Source: the human T2T-CHM13v2.0 reference genome, Homo sapiens
Assembly: GCF_009914755.1 (NCBI RefSeq)
Contig: NC_060943.1
Direction: 5' to 3' (one strand)
DNA: 64,000 nucleotides
Shown: in pieces, positions 59,190 to 64,000 of the stretch
Layout: every line of letters starts with the position of its first letter
Numbering within the stretch: position 1 is the stretch's first letter
The notes under the pieces: generated by a model
The model's database searches: none
Told to the model about the DNA's origin: nothing
The model's input: only the letters and a program-made list of their open reading frames with translations
Program-made: the position numbers and the translations under genes

Positions 59190-60912
59190 CCAAGGTCTGG
59201 TTGTCTGTTTCTATATAGCATACCATCACAAGCTTATATCACCTTTCCCATTTCTATGAAGTGCTAGACAGTTCTCGTTCATGGTCGCCTGTGTGGACTA
59301 CAGTCAGATGGTGGCTGGGGCTGGAGCCATCCCAGGTTTCTTCACGCATGTGACTTGTGTCTGGGCTGGAATGACTGGAGGAGCTAGGAACTGGTCAGGC
59401 TTCTTTGCCTATGGCCTCTTCCTTCACAACTAGGTTGGGCTTCCTCACATCATGGCAGTCTCAGACCATGAAAACTTGAAAACTTCATTCATGGAGGCTG
59501 CCTCCACCCAGAAAAGCATCATGAAAAGCCCAGGCAAAAGCCACAGGGTTTCCCAGGACTTAGCAATGGAAGGCTCAGGACATTCTTTCTTATTTTTTAT
59601 AAGTTTATTTATTTTTTAAATTGACACACAACATTTTTACATAGTTATTGCATACAATATATTGCTTTAAAATATGCATATATTGTGATATGGCTAAATC
59701 AAGCTAGTTAACTTATGCATCACCTCACATAGTCATTATTTTTTTGTCTTGAGAACACTTCAAATCTACTGTCTTAGAAATTCTCAGGAATACAATACGT
59801 TGTTATTAACAATATCCAGTAAATCTCTTGAACTTACTCATCTTATCTAATTGAAATTTTATACTCTTTAACCAATATCACCTCAGTTCTTCCCCTGCAC
59901 AATCCCTTGGCAAGCACCAACCTACTCTCTGCCTCTGAGTTTGACTTTTCTAGATTCCACATAGAAGGGAGATCATGAAGTATCTGTCTTTCTGTGCTTG
60001 GCTCGTTTCACTTAACATAATCTCCTCCAGGTTCATCCATGTTGTTACAAATGGCAGGATGACAGGACTTCCTTCTTTTTTAAGGCTGAGTAATATTCCA
60101 TTGTATATATGTTCCACATTTTTTAAATCCATTCATTTATTGATGGACACTTAGGTTGATCCCCTCTCTTGTCTATTGTGAATATTCCTATAATGAACAT
60201 GGGAATGCAGACACCTCTTCAGCATATTTATTTCATCTCCTTTAGCTAGATATTCAGTAGTTGGGTTGCCAGATCATTTAGTAGGCCTATTTTTAATTTT
60301 TTGAGGAACATTCACACTGTTTTCCATAATGGCTGTACAATTTACATTCCTACCAACAGTGTACAAAGATTTCCTTTATTCCACATCTCCAACATAGTTA
60401 TTGTTTGTCTTTTTGATAATAGCCATCCTAACAGGTATGAGGTGATATCTCTTCATGGTTTCAATTTGCATTTCTTTGATGATTAGTGATTTTTGAGCAT
60501 TTTTTAATATGCTTATTGGCTGTTTATATGTCTTCTTCTGAGAAATGTCAATTCAGGTTCTTTGCCTATTTTTTAATCGGATTATTTGTTTTATACTATC
60601 GAGTTGTTTGGGTTTTTCATATATTTTGGATATTAACCCAGCATCAGTTGTATGGCTTGCAAATATATTGTCCAATTCTGTAGGTAGTTTCTTCATTCTA
60701 TTGATTGTTTCCTTGGCCGTGCAGAAACTTTTTAGTTTGATGTAATCCCATTTGTGTATTTTTGGTTTTGTTGTCCAGAATATCCTTTCTGCCACAATGT
60801 ATTGATCCAGCAAATAAGTAAGCCCATCCTAGATTCAGAAGAAGGGAAATTAGACTCCACCATTGAGTGGGAAGAGTAGCAAACAATTTGCAGCCATCTT
60901 TAATCTACCACA
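59190..60912 (-). mobile_element. MLT1H/I-like LTR split by an L1MA
   Basis: Pieces at about 59190-59590 and 60775-60912, ending GCAGCCATCTTTAATCTACCACA. Confidence 0.6.
59590..60775 (-). mobile_element. L1MA 3' fragment
   Basis: ORF 60553-60813 reads [22 protein letters not shown]; degenerate TSD CAGRAYATYCTTTC. Confidence 0.85.
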
Positions 60913-61405
60913 CTCCTCTAGTGTAGAAACATTGCCTCTACCAAAGGCCTGCTTAGTCTCTTGACAACCTAATAAACATATGCCATTCACATTCAGATTG
61001 TCTTTCTTTTCCTCAAAACAATCAAAGAATTAGCCCATGTTTATTGGGGGCTTATCGTGTAAAAATACTTCATGCTTTGTCCACCATATACCATATACCA
61101 TACACAACACACAGTGTGCCGAGCCTTCCCTCTAGGAGTGTGCATTCAAGATAAGGTGTCACATTATTCCATTCGTAATAGCTTAATTAACTGTTAGAGT
61201 GAGATTTGACATGCAGCCTCGGTACATAAAACAGGCCAAGGTAGGACAATTTGGGCTACAGTGGGAGCTCCAGAACGCCTCTGCTGAATCCCAGCTCAGA
61301 GTCACAGTGTGCATGACATCACAGTGGATGAAGAAAGAAAATAAAGGGCAATGAAATATTTCTTCTCCCTAGAAGCAGCTTTCTTGATAAAAATATATGA
61401 ACCTT

Positions 61406-61720
61406 GGCTGGGTGTGGTGGCTCACACCTGTAATCCCAGCATTTTGGGAGGTTGAGGTGGGTGGGTCACTTAAGGTTAGGAGTTGAGAACAGCCTGGCCA
61501 ACATGGTGAAAGCCCATTTCTACTTAAAATACAAAAAATTAACCAGGCATGGTGGTGCACACCTGTAGTCCCAGCTACTTGGGAGGCTGAAGCAAGAGAA
61601 TCGCTTGAACCCCAGAAGGTGGAGGCTGCAGTGAGCTGAGATCGCATTACTGGACTCCAGCCTGGGTGACAGAGTGAGGCTCCATCTCAAAAAGCAAACA
61701 AACAAAACAAACAAACAAAA
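61406..61720 (+). mobile_element. AluS
   Basis: Full dimer with (CAAA)n tail. Confidence 0.9.
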
Positions 61721-61789
61721 TATATATACATGAATCTGGCCCTATGGGAGAGCTAGTAGAGTAATAAGACTTTTTAGCATATTAATGAG

Positions 61790-62300
61790 TTTTTTATTAA
61801 AAATCTATGTCAATCTGACTTAGGCAAAAAAAAAAAAAAAAAAAAAAAAAGTCCTAGGGGTTAGCTTGTTTCAGGTAGGGCTGAATCCAGGGGCTCACAA
61901 GATATCCTATGCTATCACAAGATATTAGTATAGGATATCACAAGATATCCTATACTAATTAACATGTAATATACTAATTAATACAGGATTGAGTCTCCTC
62001 AGCTTTCACTTGTGCTGGCTTCACTCCCAGGGGCACTTTCTCTATGTCCTTGCAGGGACAGGATGGCCAACAGCAGTTCCAGGCTTACTTCTGCTGTTGT
62101 GCTCTTTCTCTAGATCATTTCCACCAAATTTCGCTCTAGTTGGCCTTACTTGAGCGCAATGCTCAGACCACATAATCAGAGTGGTCAGCAGATGTTCTAC
62201 CCTGACTGGATGTCCGGGTAGTCAAATGTACCCTGGAGCCCCAGGTGAGCTGGTGAGGTCACTTGTATTGAGAATGAAGGGCAACTGGCTCCCCAAATGG
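61790..62300 (-). mobile_element. Old MLT1 (MLT1K-like) LTR with A25 at 61826-61850
   Basis: GACTTAGGCAAAA...AGTCC...TCAGGTAGGGCTGAATCCAGGGGCTCA...GATGGCCAACAGCAGTTCCAGGCTTAC. Confidence 0.5.
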
Positions 62301-62526
62301 ACTAGGTTCTCTTGCAAAAACAAACAAAAAGGTAGCCTGGAAGCTGGGGAGGCAAAAACACTCACACAGAAAGGAAAGTACAGCAAAGAATTGAGAGACA
62401 GGAGGACAAGAGACCAGGTCTGGAAGCGGGGGGCAATGCCTGGTTTCTTCCCACAAGGTAACAGGCGTGCCCAGCTGTCTAGGTCTTGACTGCCAATCAA
62501 TGAACTTCTCTTAAAAGTGGTACTGG

Positions 62527-62829
62527 GGCCGAGCACAGTGGCTCATGCCTGTAATTCCAGTACTTTGGGAGGCCAAGATGGGCGGATCACTTGAGCTCAG
62601 GAATTCGAGACCAGCCTAGCCAACATGATGAAACCCCATCCTTACAAAAAATACAAAAAAAAAAAAAAAGCCTGGTGTGGTGGCATGCACCTGTAGTCTC
62701 AGCTACTTGGGAGGCTGAGGTGGGAGGATCACTTTAGCCCAGGAGGCAGAGGTTGCAGTGAGCTGAGATCAAGTCACCACACTTCAGCCTAAGCTACAAA
62801 GTGAGACCCTGTCTCACCGAAAAAAAAAA
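62527..62829 (+). mobile_element. AluJ/S with expanded middle A-tract
   Basis: Full dimer. Confidence 0.88.
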
Positions 62830-64000
62830 GGGGAGTCCCTGCATCCCTGGGAGGAGGCTCAAAGTCAGAGGTTAGCCCTTGTCCTGTACCCCGTCACCAG
62901 CTCTGCCTTCGGCGCTGGGCCTATCACCGGTTCTCCAGCACCAAGATGTCCTCTGAGCTTGGAGAGCACCCAGACATGTCCCAAAGAGCTTTTCAGTGGG
63001 TGCTTTGGCTTGAAAGAAAGCCAGGGAAAGAGAAACACAACTGCCACGTGGCATTCTGAAACATTGCCATTAAGTTTAATGCCTTCCTAACAAAGAATAC
63101 CACATTTATTATCACAAATAAATCCACAGATTTAACACCCATCAGGCTTTAGATTTTATTTTTCCATATAAAATAAATATGGCCAGAGTATAAGATTATG
63201 ATGGCACCATTATTTTCTAAAACTATTTAATTTAAGCACAGCCCAACTGCCCCATGCTGGACACAGGAAGGGACCACCCCACTCCTGGAAGAACACTGGT
63301 CCCACTGACTGCAAAAGCCAACAAGGTAGGTTTCCCCATGCAACTGCTGGGTTTCATCACTGTTTAATGAATTGTTGCACTCTTTATAGGATAAACAATA
63401 AATTGCACATGATTTATCATATTACTCAATAAATCATGGGACAAATCATTAGGCAGAGTGATAAAATCAAGTGTTTTAGAAATAAGTTAATCTATGATGC
63501 CAATGTGTAAACTAAACAGTTGCTTAAAAACCCTATTTACTAATCATTTTTACATAAAGAAAGATTAATGATTATGTAGATTAAATGTGTATTTACTCCT
63601 ATAAACATCAGACAGCCATGTGCCCCGCTGGCCTTTTCTTTTTAGCAAAGGCCCCCCAGAAGCATTCCTCTCGTAACAAAATTTCATTTGGAATTTGGCA
63701 CGATGGGGAAGGGAGGGTGGAGAAGCCTGGGAAGGAGGAAGAAGTGGTTAATGAGAAGCATGTCAGCGGAGGGGTCTGGTGCAGAGGCTGTTCTCACCGT
63801 AAATTTTGAACTACACTAATTAACACTTACATTAGGGCTTGGAGACAGGTTCCAATGCTGCTTGCTTCTCCCATCTGCCCGTGACCTAGCGCTCTATCTC
63901 ACTTGTGACAACTATGTTTATAGCTTCTCTGCCCATCGAGCTGGCTGGCACTTCGAATTACCCTCAAGAGTCCATGGGCATCACGTCACATTTGCGTGCC

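Noticed and set aside
61826-61850. Orphan poly(A) as a retrocopy tail
   Set aside because: No TSD or upstream cDNA; it fits expansion of an A-run inside the MLT1 LTR.

Overview
Human genomic DNA: primate Alu/L1PA repeats plus a human-specific pre-Ta L1HS insertion. It looks intergenic or intronic and is dominated by interspersed repeats: 21 Alus, several generations of L1, L2/MIR, MaLR and ERVL solo LTRs, and DNA-transposon MITEs (MER8/Tigger2-like, MER2, MER53, MER58, MADE1). It also holds microsatellites and a 5S rRNA pseudogene fragment. I can support no host protein-coding gene. The only long ORF (9991-10926) is the C-terminal ~306 aa of L1 ORF2p from a 5'-truncated element. I found no evidence of a novel biological system. 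The best observations are: (i) a pre-Ta L1HS inserted antisense into the homologous part of an older L1PA, which creates a double inverted repeat; (ii) two template-switch/fold-back scars with perfect hairpins (46.4 kb, 61.9 kb); (iii) an AluJ whose TSDs enclose a poly-T plus a foreign segment; (iv) a target site used twice (L1, then AluY); (v) an intact MLT2A LTR; (vi) MADE1 and MER53 hairpin MITEs; (vii) homeodomain/TEAD motif clusters near 58.2 and 63.4 kb. Repeat subfamily calls are from remembered consensus sequences, and boundaries of old repeats are approximate. The chromosomal locus was not identified.
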